Shown in pieces: positions 1-14,642 of a stretch of DNA of 64,000 nucleotides. The DNA comes from Eledone cirrhosa (taxonomy: Eukaryota): the NCBI GenBank assembly GCA_964016885.1, contig OZ024740.1, positions 437,844,001 to 437,908,000 of the forward strand, written 5' to 3'. The notes beneath the pieces are model-generated. The model saw nothing but the letters and a program-made list of their open reading frames with translations, did not search any database and was not told the origin of the DNA. Made by a program: the position numbers and the translations under genes. Position 1 is the first letter of the stretch, and each line of letters starts with the position of its first letter.

Positions 1-3000
1 TAATATAGACTTTGTCATGTTACTAATATAGACTTTGTTATGTTACTAATATAGACTTTGTCATGCTACTAATATAGACTGTGTCATGTTACTAATATAG
101 ACTTTGTCATTCTACTAATATTGACTTTGTCGTGTTACTAATATAGACTGTCATGTTACTAATATAGACTTTGTCATGTTACTAATATAGACTTTGTCAT
201 GTTACTAATATAGACTTTGTCATGTTACTAATATAGACTTTGTTATGTTACTAATATAGACTTTGTTATGTTACTAATATAGACTTTGTTATGTTACTAA
301 TATAGACCTTGTTATGTTACTAATATAGACTTTGTTATGTTACTAATATAGACTTTGTTATGTTACTAATGTAGACTTTGTTATGTTACTAATGTAGACT
401 TTGTCATGTTACTAATGTAGACTGATGTTACTAATATAGACTGTGTCATGTTACTAATATAGACTGTGTCATGTTACTAATATAGATTGTGTCCTGTTAC
501 TAATATAGACTTTGTTGTGTTACTAATATAGACTTTGTTATGTTACTAATATAGACTTTGTCATGTTACTAATATAGACTGATGTTACTAATATAGACTG
601 TGTCATGTTACTAATATAGACTGTGTCATGTTACTAATATTGACTTTGTCATGTTACTAATATAGACTTTGTCATGTTACTAATATAGACTTTGTCATGT
701 TACTAATATAGACTTTGTCATGTTACTAATATAGACTTTGTCATGTTACTAATATAGACTTTGTCATGTTACTAATATAGACTTTGTCATGTTACTAATA
801 TTGACTTTGTCATGTTACTAATATAGACTTTGTCATATTACTAATATAGACTTTGTCATGTTACTAATATTGACTTTGTCATGTTACTAATATAGACTTT
901 GTCATGCTACTAATATTGACTTTGTCATGTTACTAATATAGACTTTGTCATGTTACTAATATAGACTTTGTTATATTACTAATATAGACTTTGTCATGCT
1001 ACTAATATAGACTGTGTCATGTTACTAATATAGACTTTGTCATTCTACTAATATTGACTTTGTCGTGTTACTAATATAGACTGTCATGTTACTAATATAG
1101 ACTTTGTCATGTTACTAATATAGACTTTGTCATGTTACTAATATAGACTTTGTCATGTTACTAATATAGACTTTGTCATGTTACTAATATAGACTTTGTT
1201 ATGTTACTAATATAGACTTTGTTATGTTACTAATATAGACTTTGTTATGTTACTAATATAGACTTTGTTATGTTACTAATATAGACCTTGTTATGTTACT
1301 AATATAGACTTTGTTATGTTACTAATATAGACTTTGTTATGTTACTAATGTAGACTTTGTTATGTTACTAATGTAGACTTTGTCATGTTACTAATGTAGA
1401 CTGATGTTACTAATATAGACTGTGTCATGTTACTAATATAGACTGTGTCATGTTACTAATATAGATTGTGTCCTGTTACTAATATAGACTTTGTTGTGTT
1501 ACTAATATAGACTTTGTTATGTTACTAATATAGACTTTGTCATGTTACTAATATAGACTGATGTTACTAATATAGACTGTGTTATGTTACTAATATAGAC
1601 TGTGTCATGTTACTAATATTGACTTTGTCATGTTACTAATATAGACTTTGTCATGTTACTAATATAGACTTTGTCATGTTACTAATATAGACTTTGTCAT
1701 GTTACTAATATAGACTTTGTCATGTTACTAATATTGACTTTGTCATGTTACTAATATTGACTTTGTCATGTTACTAATATAGACTTTGTCATGCTACTAA
1801 TATAGACTTTGTCATGTTACTAATATAGACTTTGTCATGTTACTAATATAGACTTTGTCATGTTACTAATATAGACTTTGTCATGTTACTAATATAGACT
1901 TTGTCATGTTACTAATATAGACTTTGTCATGTTACTAATATAGACTTTGTCATGTTACTAATATTGACTTTGTCATGTTACTAATATTGACTTTGTCATG
2001 TTACTAATATTGACTTTGTCATGTTACTAATATAGACTTTGTCATGTTACTAATATTGACTTTGTCATGTTACTAATATAGACTGTGTCATGTTACTAAT
2101 ATAGACTTTGTCATGTAACTAATATAGACTTTGTCATGTAACTAATATAGACTTTGTCATGCTACTAATATTGACTTCGTCGTGTTACTAATATAGACTG
2201 TCATGTTACTAATATAGACTTTGTCATGTTACTAATATAGACTTTGTCATGTTACTAATATAGACTTTGTCATGTTACTAATATAGACTTTGTCATGTCA
2301 CTAATATAGACTGTGTCATGTTACTAATATAGACTTTGTCATGTTACTAATATAGACTTTGTCATGTTACTAATATAGACTTTGTCATGATACTAATATA
2401 GACTTTGTCATGTTACTAATATAGACTTTGTCATGTTACTAATATAGACTTTGTCATGTTACTAATATTGACTTTGTCATGTTACTAATATTGACTTTGT
2501 TATGTTACTAATATAGACTTTGTTATGTTACTAATATAGACTTTGTCATGTTACTAATATAGACTGTGTCATGTTACTAATATAGACTTTGTCGTGTTAC
2601 TAATATAGACTTTGTCATGCTACTAATATAGACTTTGTCATGTTACTAATATAGACTTTGTCATGTTACTAATATAGACTTTGTCATGTTACTAATATAG
2701 ACTTTGTCATGTTACTAATATAGACTTTGTCATGTTACTAATATTGACTTTGTCATGTTACTAATATTGACTTTGTCATGCTACTAATATAGACTTTGTC
2801 ATGTTACTAATATAGACTCTCATGTTACTAATATAGACTGTCATGTTACTAATATAGACATTGTCATGCTACTAATATAGACATTGTCATGTTACTAATA
2901 TAGACTTTGTTATGCTACTAATATAGACTTTGTCATGTTACTAATATAGACTGTCATGTTACTAATATAGACTTTCTTTTGTTACTAATATTGACTTTGT

Positions 3001-6000
3001 CATGTTACTAATATAGACTTTGTCATGTTACTAATATAGACTTTGTCATGTTACTAATATAGACTTTGTTATGTTACTAATATAGACTTTGTCATGCTAC
3101 TAATATAGACTGTGTCATGTTACTAATATAGACTTTGTCATTCTACTAATATTGACTTTGTCGTGTTACTAATATAGACTGTCATGTTACTAATATAGAC
3201 TTTGTCATGTTACTAATATAGACTTTGTCATGTTACTAATATAGACTTTGTCATGTTACTAATATAGACTTTGTTATGTTACTAATATAGACTTTGTTAT
3301 GTTACTAATATAGACTTTGTTATGTTACTAATATAGACCTTGTTATGTTACTAATATAGACTTTGTTATGTTACTAATATAGACTTTGTTATGTTACTAA
3401 TGTAGACTTTGTTATGTTACTAATGTAGACTTTGTCATGTTACTAATGTAGACTGATGTTACTAATATAGACTGTGTCATGTTACTAATATAGACTGTGT
3501 CATGTTACTAATATAGATTGTGTCCTGTTACTAATATAGACTTTGTTGTGTTACTAATATAGACTTTGTTATGTTACTAATATAGACTTTGTCATGTTAC
3601 TAATATAGACTGATGTTACTAATATAGACTGTGTCATGTTACTAATATAGACTGTGTCATGTTACTAATATTGACTTTGTCATGTTACTAATATAGACTT
3701 TGTCATGTTACTAATATAGACTTTGTCATGTTACTAATATAGACTTTGTCATGTTACTAATATAGACTTTGTCATGTTACTAATATAGACTTTGTCATGT
3801 TACTAATATAGACTTTGTCATGTTACTAATATTGACTTTGTCATGTTACTAATATAGACTTTGTCATATTACTAATATAGACTTTGTCATGTTACTAATA
3901 TTGACTTTGTCATGTTACTAATATAGACTTTGTCATGCTACTAATATTGACTTTGTCATGTTACTAATATAGACTTTGTCATGTTACTAATATAGACTTT
4001 GTTATATTACTAATATAGACTTTGTCATGCTACTAATATAGACTGTGTCATGTTACTAATATAGACTTTGTCATTCTACTAATATTGACTTTGTCGTGTT
4101 ACTAATATAGACTGTCATGTTACTAATATAGACTTTGTCATGTTACTAATATAGACTTTGTCATGTTACTAATATAGACTTTGTCATGTTACTAATATAG
4201 ACTTTGTCATGTTACTAATATAGACTTTGTTATGTTACTAATATAGACTTTGTTATGTTACTAATATAGACTTTGTTATGTTACTAATATAGACTTTGTT
4301 ATGTTACTAATATAGACCTTGTTATGTTACTAATATAGACTTTGTTATGTTACTAATATAGACTTTGTTATGTTACTAATGTAGACTTTGTTATGTTACT
4401 AATGTAGACTTTGTCATGTTACTAATGTAGACTGATGTTACTAATATAGACTGTGTCATGTTACTAATATAGACTGTGTCATGTTACTAATATAGATTGT
4501 GTCCTGTTACTAATATAGACTTTGTTGTGTTACTAATATAGACTTTGTTATGTTACTAATATAGACTTTGTCATGTTACTAATATAGACTGATGTTACTA
4601 ATATAGACTGTGTTATGTTACTAATATAGACTGTGTCATGTTACTAATATTGACTTTGTCATGTTACTAATATAGACTTTGTCATGTTACTAATATAGAC
4701 TTTGTCATGTTACTAATATAGACTTTGTCATGTTACTAATATAGACTTTGTCATGTTACTAATATTGACTTTGTCATGTTACTAATATTGACTTTGTCAT
4801 GTTACTAATATAGACTTTGTCATGCTACTAATATAGACTTTGTCATGTTACTAATATAGACTTTGTCATGTTACTAATATAGACTTTGTCATGTTACTAA
4901 TATAGACTTTGTCATGTTACTAATATAGACTTTGTCATGTTACTAATATAGACTTTGTCATGTTACTAATATAGACTTTGTCATGTTACTAATATTGACT
5001 TTGTCATGTTACTAATATTGACTTTGTCATGTTACTAATATTGACTTTGTCATGTTACTAATATAGACTTTGTCATGTTACTAATATTGACTTTGTCATG
5101 TTACTAATATAGACTGTGTCATGTTACTAATATAGACTTTGTCATGTAACTAATATAGACTTTGTCATGTAACTAATATAGACTTTGTCATGCTACTAAT
5201 ATTGACTTCGTCGTGTTACTAATATAGACTGTCATGTTACTAATATAGACTTTGTCATGTTACTAATATAGACTTTGTCATGTTACTAATATAGACTTTG
5301 TCATGTTACTAATATAGACTTTGTCATGTCACTAATATAGACTGTGTCATGTTACTAATATAGACTTTGTCATGTTACTAATATAGACTTTGTCATGTTA
5401 CTAATATAGACTTTGTCATGATACTAATATAGACTTTGTCATGTTACTAATATAGACTTTGTCATGTTACTAATATAGACTTTGTCATGTTACTAATATT
5501 GACTTTGTCATGTTACTAATATTGACTTTGTTATGTTACTAATATAGACTTTGTTATGTTACTAATATAGACTTTGTCATGTTACTAATATAGACTGTGT
5601 CATGTTACTAATATAGACTTTGTCGTGTTACTAATATAGACTTTGTCATGCTACTAATATAGACTTTGTCATGTTACTAATATAGACTTTGTCATGTTAC
5701 TAATATAGACTTTGTCATGTTACTAATATAGACTTTGTCATGTTACTAATATAGACTTTGTCATGTTACTAATATTGACTTTGTCATGTTACTAATATTG
5801 ACTTTGTCATGCTACTAATATAGACTTTGTCATGTTACTAATATAGACTCTCATGTTACTAATATAGACTGTCATGTTACTAATATAGACATTGTCATGC
5901 TACTAATATAGACATTGTCATGTTACTAATATAGACTTTGTTATGCTACTAATATAGACTTTGTCATGTTACTAATATAGACTGTCATGTTACTAATATA

Positions 6001-8281
6001 GACTTTCTTTTGTTACTAATATTGACTTTGTCATGTTACTAATATAGACTTTGTCATGTTACTAATATAGACTTTGTCATGTTACTAATATAGACTGTCA
6101 TGTTACTAATATAGACTTTGTCATGTTACTAATATAGACTGTGTGATGTTACTAATATAGACTTTGTCATGTTACTAATATAGACTTTGTCATGTTACTA
6201 ATATAGACTTTGTCATGTTACTAATATAGACTGTGTCATGTTACTAATATAGACTGTGTCATGTTACTAATATAGACTTTGTCATGTTACTAATATAGAC
6301 TTTGTCATGTTACTAATATAGACTTTGTCATGTTACTAATATAGACTTTGTCATGTTACTAATATAGACTTTGTCATGTTACTAATATAGACTTTGTCAT
6401 GTTACTAATATAGACTTTGTCATGTTACTAATATTGACTTTGTCACGTTACTAATATAGACTGTCATGTTACTAATATTGACTTTGTCATGTTACTAATA
6501 TAGACTTTGTCATGGTACTAATATTGACTTTGTCATGTTACTAATATAGACTTTGTCATGTTACTAATATAGACTTTGTTATGTTACTAATATAGACTTT
6601 GTTATGTTACTAATATAGACTTTGTCATGTTACTAATATAGACTGTGTCATGTTACTAATATAGACTTTGTCGTGTTACTAATATAGACTTTGTCATGCT
6701 ACTAATATAGACTGTCATGTTACTAATATAGACTTTGTCATGTTACTAATATAGACTTTGTCATGTTACTAATATAGACTTTGTCATGTTACTAATATTG
6801 ACTTTGTCATGCTACTAATATAGACTTTGTCATGTTACTAATATAGACTGTCATGTTACTAATATAGACTGTCATGTTACTAATATAGACATTGTCATGC
6901 TACTAATATAGACATTGTAATGTTACTAATATAGACTTTGTTATGCTACTAATATAGACTTTGTCATGTTACTAATATAGACTGTCATGTTACTAATATA
7001 GACTTTCTTTTGTTACTAATATTGACTTTGTCATGTTACTAATATAGACTTTGTCATGTTACTAATATAGACTTTGTCATGTTACTAATATAGACTGTCA
7101 TGTTACTAATATAGACTTTGTCATGTTACTAATATAGACTGTGTGATGTTACTAATATAGACTTTGTCATGTTACTAATATAGACTTTGTCATGTTACTA
7201 ATATAGACTTTGTCATGTTACTAATATAGACTTTGTCATGTTACTAATATAGACTGTGTCATGTTACTAATATAGACTGTGTCATGTTACTAATATAGAC
7301 CGTCATGTTACTAATATAGACTTTGTCATGTTACTAATATAGACTTTGTCATGTTACTAATATAGACTTTGTCATGTTACTAATATAGACTTTGTCATGT
7401 TACTAATATAGACTTTGTCATGTTACTAATATAGACTGTGTCATGTTACTAATATAGACTTTGTAATGTTACTAATATAGACTTTGTCATGTTACTAATA
7501 TAGGCTTTGTCATGTTACTAATATAGACTTTGTCATGTTACTAATATAGACTGTCATGTTACTAATATAGACTGTGTCATGTTACTAATATAGACTTTGT
7601 CATGTTACTAATATAGACTTTGTCATGTTACTAATATAGACTTTGTCGTGTTACTAATATAGACTTTGTCGTGTTACTAATATAGACTTTGTCATGTTAC
7701 TAATATAGACTTTGTCATGTTACTAATATAGACTTTGTCATGTTACTAATATAGACTTTGTCGTGTTACTAATATAGACTTTGTCGTGTTACTAATATAG
7801 ACTTTGTCGTGTTACTAATATAGACTTTGTCGTGTTACTAATATAGACTTTGTCATGTTACTAATATAGACTTTGTCATGTTACTAATATAGACTTTGTC
7901 ATGTTACTAATATAGACTTTGTCGTGTTACTAATATAGACTGTCATGTTACTAATATAGACTGTCATGTTACTAATATAGACTTTGTCATGTTACTAATA
8001 TAGACTTTGTCATGTTACTAATATAGACTGTGTCATGTTACTAATATAGACTGTCATGTTACTAATATAGACTTTGTCATGTTACTAATATAGACTTTGT
8101 CATGTTACTAATATAGACTTTGTCATGTTACTAATATAGACTTTGTCATGTTACTAATATAGACTTTGTCATGCTACTAATATAGACTTTGTCATGTTAC
8201 TAATATAGACTTTGTCACGTTACTAATATAGACGTTGTCATGTTACTAATATAGACGTTGTCATGCTACTAATATAGACTT
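1..8281. repeat. 23-bp tandem satellite (TAATATAGACTTTGTCATGTTAC)n with higher-order structure
   Basis: Roughly 360 head-to-tail units with point variants and 19-21 bp deletion variants. No unique spacers. The array runs off the left edge of the window. Confidence 0.98.
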
Positions 8282-8759
8282 TTTGTTGTTTTTTTTGTAT
8301 ATATTTATATATATATATGACTAACTGGAATGACTTAGATATTGGGCTGAAACTCATCTTGTGAACTCTTGTTTACACATATCGGGAATTAGGCAAGAGG
8401 TATAACAATTGTAAATAGTAAATATTTACATGTTTGACCAATTTATAGTAATGTCAGAAAAAATTTAGTTTTCTTCCTGTTGTCAAATAAATTTTGCTTA
8501 GTTTTTGTTATTTACAACGGCATTTTGAAATGTAACGTATAGCTTCTTTAATAAACAAATATTTGACATTTTTTTTACATAATAGTAAATATTTAATAAC
8601 TGAATATTATTATAATTAAATATAATATAAATTAATTTTATTTTTTATTTTTCTGAAAAATCATGGGCAATAATTATGGAAAGCATAACCTAGAGTATTT
8701 CCACAAACTGCATATACAGGACTAAGAATAATGATGTTAGTGCTGCACACAGTAGTGGG

Positions 8760-11700
8760 TTGACTAACTTAGCCATGTGTGAAAACCCATCAAGAGATTG
8801 CACAACCACTTTCCCTTTCAGATACAGAAAGCTGTTACTACTCTCAGATAAATCATTTCAATTGCATGATGATGGGCAGATCTGGAGGCTTGTTAAGGCT
8901 GGTGAAACGTGGAAGAGAGATACCAGCTGGTCTGAGTGTGATCTACCCACAATAACTGGCAATGAAAAAACTGCTACAACTCTGGGAAACTAAACCAGAA
9001 CAACCTGCCACCCTCTACACACCATCATAAACTGCGAGCAGGGTACAAATTGTTGTCCTTAAATGCTCGCAGTTTATGCAACAAGATACATATGTTTGAA
9101 TCCTATGTCAGAAGCATCGACCCTGACTTCATCAGTCACAGAAACATGGGCACATTCCTTACTCTGTGATGGGGTTTTCAGCATTACTGGGTACAACCTT
9201 TTCCACAAGGACCACATTAATCGCCGTGGTGGTGGTGGTGTGATGGTCTACGTTCGTTCAAACTTTTCGGTAATTCCTTGCGTTGATTTGAACGAATCAC
9301 AGGAAGAAGTTTTTTTCTGTGACATACGTATGACCATGTCAACACTTCTGCTTGGTGTTGTTTATCGCCCCCCCAAACTACCATCAGGACACACAGCTTT
9401 GCGATATCCTCAGAGTTGCTGCCAAGAAAACAGCCACTTATGTGTTTATTGCAGGTGACTTCAATCATCCTGAGATCGATTGGGAAACCTTTCGTTGGCC
9501 ACAAGGTGCAAACGATTTCCTTGAACTAGTGCTGGACTCAAACTGGTCACAAGTAGTCACCTCTCCAACAAGAGGTGACAACACTTTGGACCTGATCTTC
9601 ACCACTACTCCCGAAGTGGTTATCAGTTGTACTACTGAGGAACCTCTAGGCGACTCTGATCATGCTATGATCATTGCCAATCTGGCACTTGAGGGCAGCA
9701 ACAAAAACCAGAGCCATCTCTAATCTGCTTGCTTTGATTGGAAGAAAGCAGATTGGAACTTGTACTGCACTGAGCTACAGCGCCCAAACTGGCATGAGAT
9801 GTATAACTCTGGAGATGTGAACACTATACTCCAGAGCATCCTGGACTCAATATGGATAGCGTGTGCAGCATCGGTGCCACGTAAGCAGAAAAAAAACCAC
9901 CCCAAAAGTGCAATTTGGGAAACTTCAGCGGTCCGACTTCCCATGAAAAAACGTCTGAACACTGAACGGGAATATAAACTGCATAAATCAGATGCCAACA
10001 GAAAAAAGCGGAATAAATCTTCTAACCATCTCAAGCAAGTGACAAATAAGGCAGTGCTTGAATTTGAACAGTGCATAGCAACCAATCCTGACAGTAAGGT
10101 GTTCTGGAAATATGTTCATTCAAAGCAGAGACTTCACTCTCCAGTTGGTCCTCTTCGCAATCCCCACACAAGCCAGATCACTGACGATCCCAAAGAATGC
10201 GCAGAACTCATTGCTGAGTGCTATGCAAGTATTTTTACTGTTGAAAACCAGAATGTACCATCTCCACCATCTCTAACATCAAATTCCATAACAACTATGG
10301 AATTTACACCTGCAATGTTGCGACATCACCTTAAGAATAAGTGCAACTATGCCTCCCCTGGTCTTGATGGTGTTACATACCTACTTCTCAAACGTGGCGG
10401 GTATTTCCTTTTGTGCCAGCTTTCTTTCTTCTTTCAATACTGTCTCAACAATGGTGCTACTCCGGAGCAGTGGAAAACTGCCAGTGTCATTCCCCTGTTC
10501 AAAAAGGGCAACCGCATGTCACCTGTCAACTATCGTCCAGTCAGTCTTACTAGCTGTATGGCCAAACTGATGGAATCCTGTGTCAGAGAAACACTTTGGA
10601 ACTTCTGGAGCTCTCACAGCCTCATCCGGCCCTCACATTTTGGATTTATCCCTAACTCCAGCTGCTGTGATCAGCTTATTGAGTTCCTTGAAGACATCAC
10701 CCAGATCACTGACAGCGGCTCATGGGTGGATGTTGTTTACCTTGACTTTGCTAAGGCTTTTAATTCTGTGCCACACAAAAGACTTATGGCAAAACTCTCT
10801 GCAATGGGTGTGAGGGATGATCTTTTCGACTGGTTGAAATCCTTCATTCTCAGCCGAAAAGAACTAGTCACGGTTCTAGGACAGCATTCTTCACCATATG
10901 AGATGTCATCTGGTGAACCACAGGGATCTGTTCTTGGTCCCCTTTTGTTTGTGGCATATATTAATGACATAGATGCCAACTTACAGAATGCCACGGTACT
11001 GAAATATGCAGATGACATCAAGCTGTACCTTGAAATCAAAAGGACTGATCCTGAAATCTACAACTCTTTCCTACAATCAGACCTGGATACAATGCAGCAA
11101 TGGATCACAGACTGGCAACTGAAGCTGGCTGTGGACAAGTGTACCACCATGCATTTTGGGAGGAAAAATCCAGCGTCCACATACTCCCTCCACAACACTG
11201 ATATCAAGAAGTCCTCTTGTGAACGTGACCTTGGCATTACTGTCAGCAGCGATTTGCGTTGGACAAAGCATGTCTCTAAGATTGCAAAAGAAGGCCGAGG
11301 GTGTCTTGGCATCATTCAGCAAGACCTTTGTTAGCCGCTCTCCAGTCATCTATTTAAAACTGTATACAGCTATGGTATGACCACACTTGGAATTCGCATC
11401 ATCAGTCTGGAATCCCTATCTTGCTCAGAACATAGACCTCCTGGAAACTGTTCAGAGACGTGCAACCAAGCACATACCCTCCATCAGACACCTACCATAC
11501 TCTGAACGCCTTGCTTCCCTGGGCATGGATTCATTGAAGCTCCGACGTCTGGCAATGGACTTGGTAAATACCCACAAAGTTATTAACCATCTCGCCAATT
11601 GCAACCCTGAGCACCTTTTTGATCTCCATGTGTCTAACACACGTGGACATGCCTACAAAATCAGAAAACAGCACAGCTCCCATGACTTTCGTAGACATTT

Positions 11701-12097
11701 TTTCACGCTCAGAGTTGCTGAAGCATGGAACAAACTGCCTGCGTCAGTTGTTAGCTGCCGAGACACTGCATCCTTTAAGACACTCATGCTTCCCGAAATA
11801 CGCCAAAACTACACCTGATGTACCCCTTCCATACACATGCACACATGTGTGTATCATGACTCGTGCACTGTTCATTTTACTGATGTTTGTGCATTGCCCT
11901 ATGTACTGTACATGCACTTTTTGATGAGTTGTGGTGCACCTGGGCACTGTACACAATATTTCATTATTATTATATCATGACTCATACACTGTTCATTTTC
12001 CTGACATTTGTACATTATTCTATGTACTATATATGCACCTTTGATGAGTTGTAGTGCACCTGAGCACTGTACACAATAATTTCATTATTATTATTAT
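8760..12097 (+). mobile_element. CR1/L2-group LINE, degenerate (ORF1 tail, APE endonuclease, RT)
   Basis: APE motifs GVVYRPP, AGDFNHP, LDLIFT, LGDSDH (9063-9723). RT motifs NYRPVSLTS, VYLDFAKAF, QGSVLGPLLF, KYADD (9760-11334). C-terminus VQRRATK...RVAEAWNKLP and an (ATT)n tail. Frameshifts and stops present. Confidence 0.92.
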
Positions 12098-12099
12098 AA

Positions 12100-12205
12100 T
12101 TCTACCACATTTAATGTTGGAACAATGAAAGGTAGATCTGAGAAAATTGTAAAGATGCTTGAGAGGAGATGAGTAGATGTGTGCTGTGTTGAAAAGGTGA
12201 GGTGA
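12100..12205 (+). mobile_element. RTE LINE endonuclease N-terminal fragment
   Basis: Translates TFNVGTMKGRSEKIVKMLERR*VDVCCV, a typical RTE APE start. Confidence 0.6.
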
Positions 12206-13075
12206 TGATGATGATGAGTGAAACTGACATTACAAATATTTAATGTCTCCTACAGAGATTCATATTTTTATGGGAGATACAGTTTCTTCAGTACACCATA
12301 ACAGCCAATCATATGCAACATTCCTAAAATATTTGGCGCCTTTACTCAGCAATAACAAGGTGATCTGAGACATGAAGAGTTAAGTGCACTACCTGCAGTA
12401 AATATCTTGTCCACTGAGCCAGTTCAACTGTATAAGACAATAACTAAGAAAAAAGTATTCATTCTTATATTGTGTTGAGTAGTTAATGGTTAACTGAGCA
12501 CCCAGCTCCAAAAATCAGGCTAGCATGCAAAAATTGATGTACAGCAGCATATTGTTCATGGCTGATGCAGTGGGTGTCACTGGCTATTTTCTGCAGCAAT
12601 GTTTTCACTATCTTCTCTGCATGGTGCATCTGAGATACACTGACTAGACAAGGCTGTTGAGCCTGTCACTCCCCTCTTTCCCTTATATAATTTAATTGAA
12701 ATTTGTTGAATAAAGAATTGTTGTGAATATCTAAAAACATCTATAAATACTTCAATGAAGTCTTTAGAAGATCATGGATTAATTGACAGGAGAAAGCAAG
12801 GTCTGAAGATCAACACCCAATGCTTATTGTTATATTTTTATATCAATAAAGTGATTTAGTTTGACCAGATTGTCGATAACTAGCATCTAGTTTGATCCCT
12901 TATTTTGTAGTAGAGTTATATAAAGATACAGAAAAAGAGAGAAGCGTTGGAAAGGACTATAAATGCCATAAATGAGACGAAAAGGTGGGGAGGAACAAGG
13001 ACTTCTAGACAAAGGAAGAAAGAAAGGTGTAAGCGGAGAAGGTGACAGACTCTACACCTAGGTCAGAGTGGTGTT

Positions 13076-13385
13076 TCAGCTGTGCCCCATGGACAAAATG
13101 ACAAAGGCATTTCCGCAGACAATGGCCAGTGACACAAGCTGATATAGCCACCCTACATCGTGGGGCTCCTTCCTCAGATGGGCTGCTATCAGTCCAATTT
13201 TATGGAGGAAGTCAGCTGTCCGGGGTCCGAGGACACATGAAGTCTCAACAGTGACCCGTGAAAAGAGGAAGTAGCCGGACAAGCTCCGGTATTTGCTTGT
13301 CTTCCTGTCCTCTACATTGTGAGCCATGGAGGTGGAGAATATAACACAGCATGTTGCATCCCAGATGAGAAATTTACCTCCTTCA
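13076..13385 (-). mobile_element. CRE-like non-LTR retrotransposon 3' fragment (restriction-like endonuclease)
   Basis: GKFLIWDATC, then VETSCVLGP and VSLAIVCGNA. Homologous to the element at 29990-30925. Confidence 0.7.
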
Positions 13386-13464
13386 AAATTTACCCATTTC
13401 TAAATTCCAAACCCACTTGTTCAGATTTCGCATTTTTACCCCATTAGAATAGATGAAATAAGCA

Positions 13465-13653
13465 ATAATTGTTTCTACTTTAGGCACAAGGCCCGCAATT
13501 ACCCAGTGCATTACTGGTACTTTATTTTATCGACCCCGTAAGGATGAAAGGCAAAGTCAACCTCGGCGGGATTTGAACTCAGATCGTAAAGGGACGTAAC
13601 TATGCTGGAAAGCATGGCGTCCGACCCTCTACCAATACTGCCAATCCACCGCC
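13465..13653 (-). mobile_element. Full-length tRNA-derived SINE with Nin/Deu-like core
   Basis: A box TGGCAGTATTGG, B box GAGTTCAAATCC, core GCCTTTCATCCTTACGGGGTCGATAAAAT. Candidate TSD AAATAAGCAATAAT at 13456 and 13659. Many other copies in the window. Confidence 0.85.
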
Positions 13654-14268
13654 CTATTAAATAAGCAATAATAATAATAGTATAGGTATTGAAGTAGCTG
13701 TACATAAAATATTTACTGAAGAAATAGCAAGAGCCATTGAGCAATAAAAAAGATGAAAAGGCTCCTGGATTAGATGGAATTGCAAGAGAGACAAAAAATA
13801 AAGAAATAATAGCAAGAACGTTATTAAAACTGTTTAATAATATATAATGAATTATCAGGCTGAAGTGGAATCTACATAGGGTTGATAGGACCTGTGTGAC
13901 AATGACATAAACTCTCTTGTGCTGATGTCATCCTAAAATATACCCTGTACTCTATGTAAAGTAGTCAGTGTTAGTAAGAGCACCCTGTCATAGAAACCAT
14001 CTTAAAATAGATTATACGCTTGAGATGTGTTCCTTTGACTCCTGTGGGAGGGCAGTTACTCCAGATAAGAAGTAACTCAGGCCATAACGAGCCATTTAAC
14101 AAGTACCAATATGGAAAGTAGATGTAAAATACAACAAAACAGACGACAATGACACCAACAATTGTGCTAGGTAAACAAAAGATTATAAAAACATATGTAG
14201 GGTGGTGCCCCAGCATGGCCTCAGTCGAATTGCTGGAACAGGTAAAAGAATAAAAGAGTATAACTTAC

Positions 14269-14324
14269 AAAACTTATAGGCATATTCTGCATCAATTCTT
14301 TTGGCTGCACAGAGGATGTAAATT
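14269..14324 (-). CDS. IRF: Probable IRF coding exon 3 (linker, EFTSSVQPKELMQNMPISF)
   Basis: Long polypyrimidine acceptor (tttttttgtatttcaatttctgttag) and perfect GTAAGT donor. Its phase-1 start matches the preceding exon and the frame is open. No homology support. Confidence 0.6.
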
Positions 14325-14642
14325 CTAACAGAAATTGAAATACAAAAAAAGGAAAACAAGTAAATAAAAGCTAATAAATTTTCAACTAGACAGCTTTTCA
14401 TCATCTGATTATCCTTCAATGCGCTGTCATCAATACGGAGTGCCATAAGAGTTTTTTCCCCTTAATAGATAATGCAGTGTCAAGGGAAATAACTCATAAA
14501 ATTACTAGCGCACTAAAGGTTAAAGCTGTCCTAAGTAGACTATAATAAAACTTTATGGTTAATATAGGGGCATGCTTTGAAAACTAAGGTAGCAACCAAC
14601 TGTGTTTAGCAGACTATAATCTATGTATATATATATATATAT

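Noticed and set aside
1-8281. CRISPR array
   Set aside because: Units are contiguous with no unique spacers, there are no cas genes, and the context is eukaryotic.
13565-13653. tRNA gene
   Set aside because: A and B boxes are present but belong to a multi-copy SINE head with no convincing cloverleaf.
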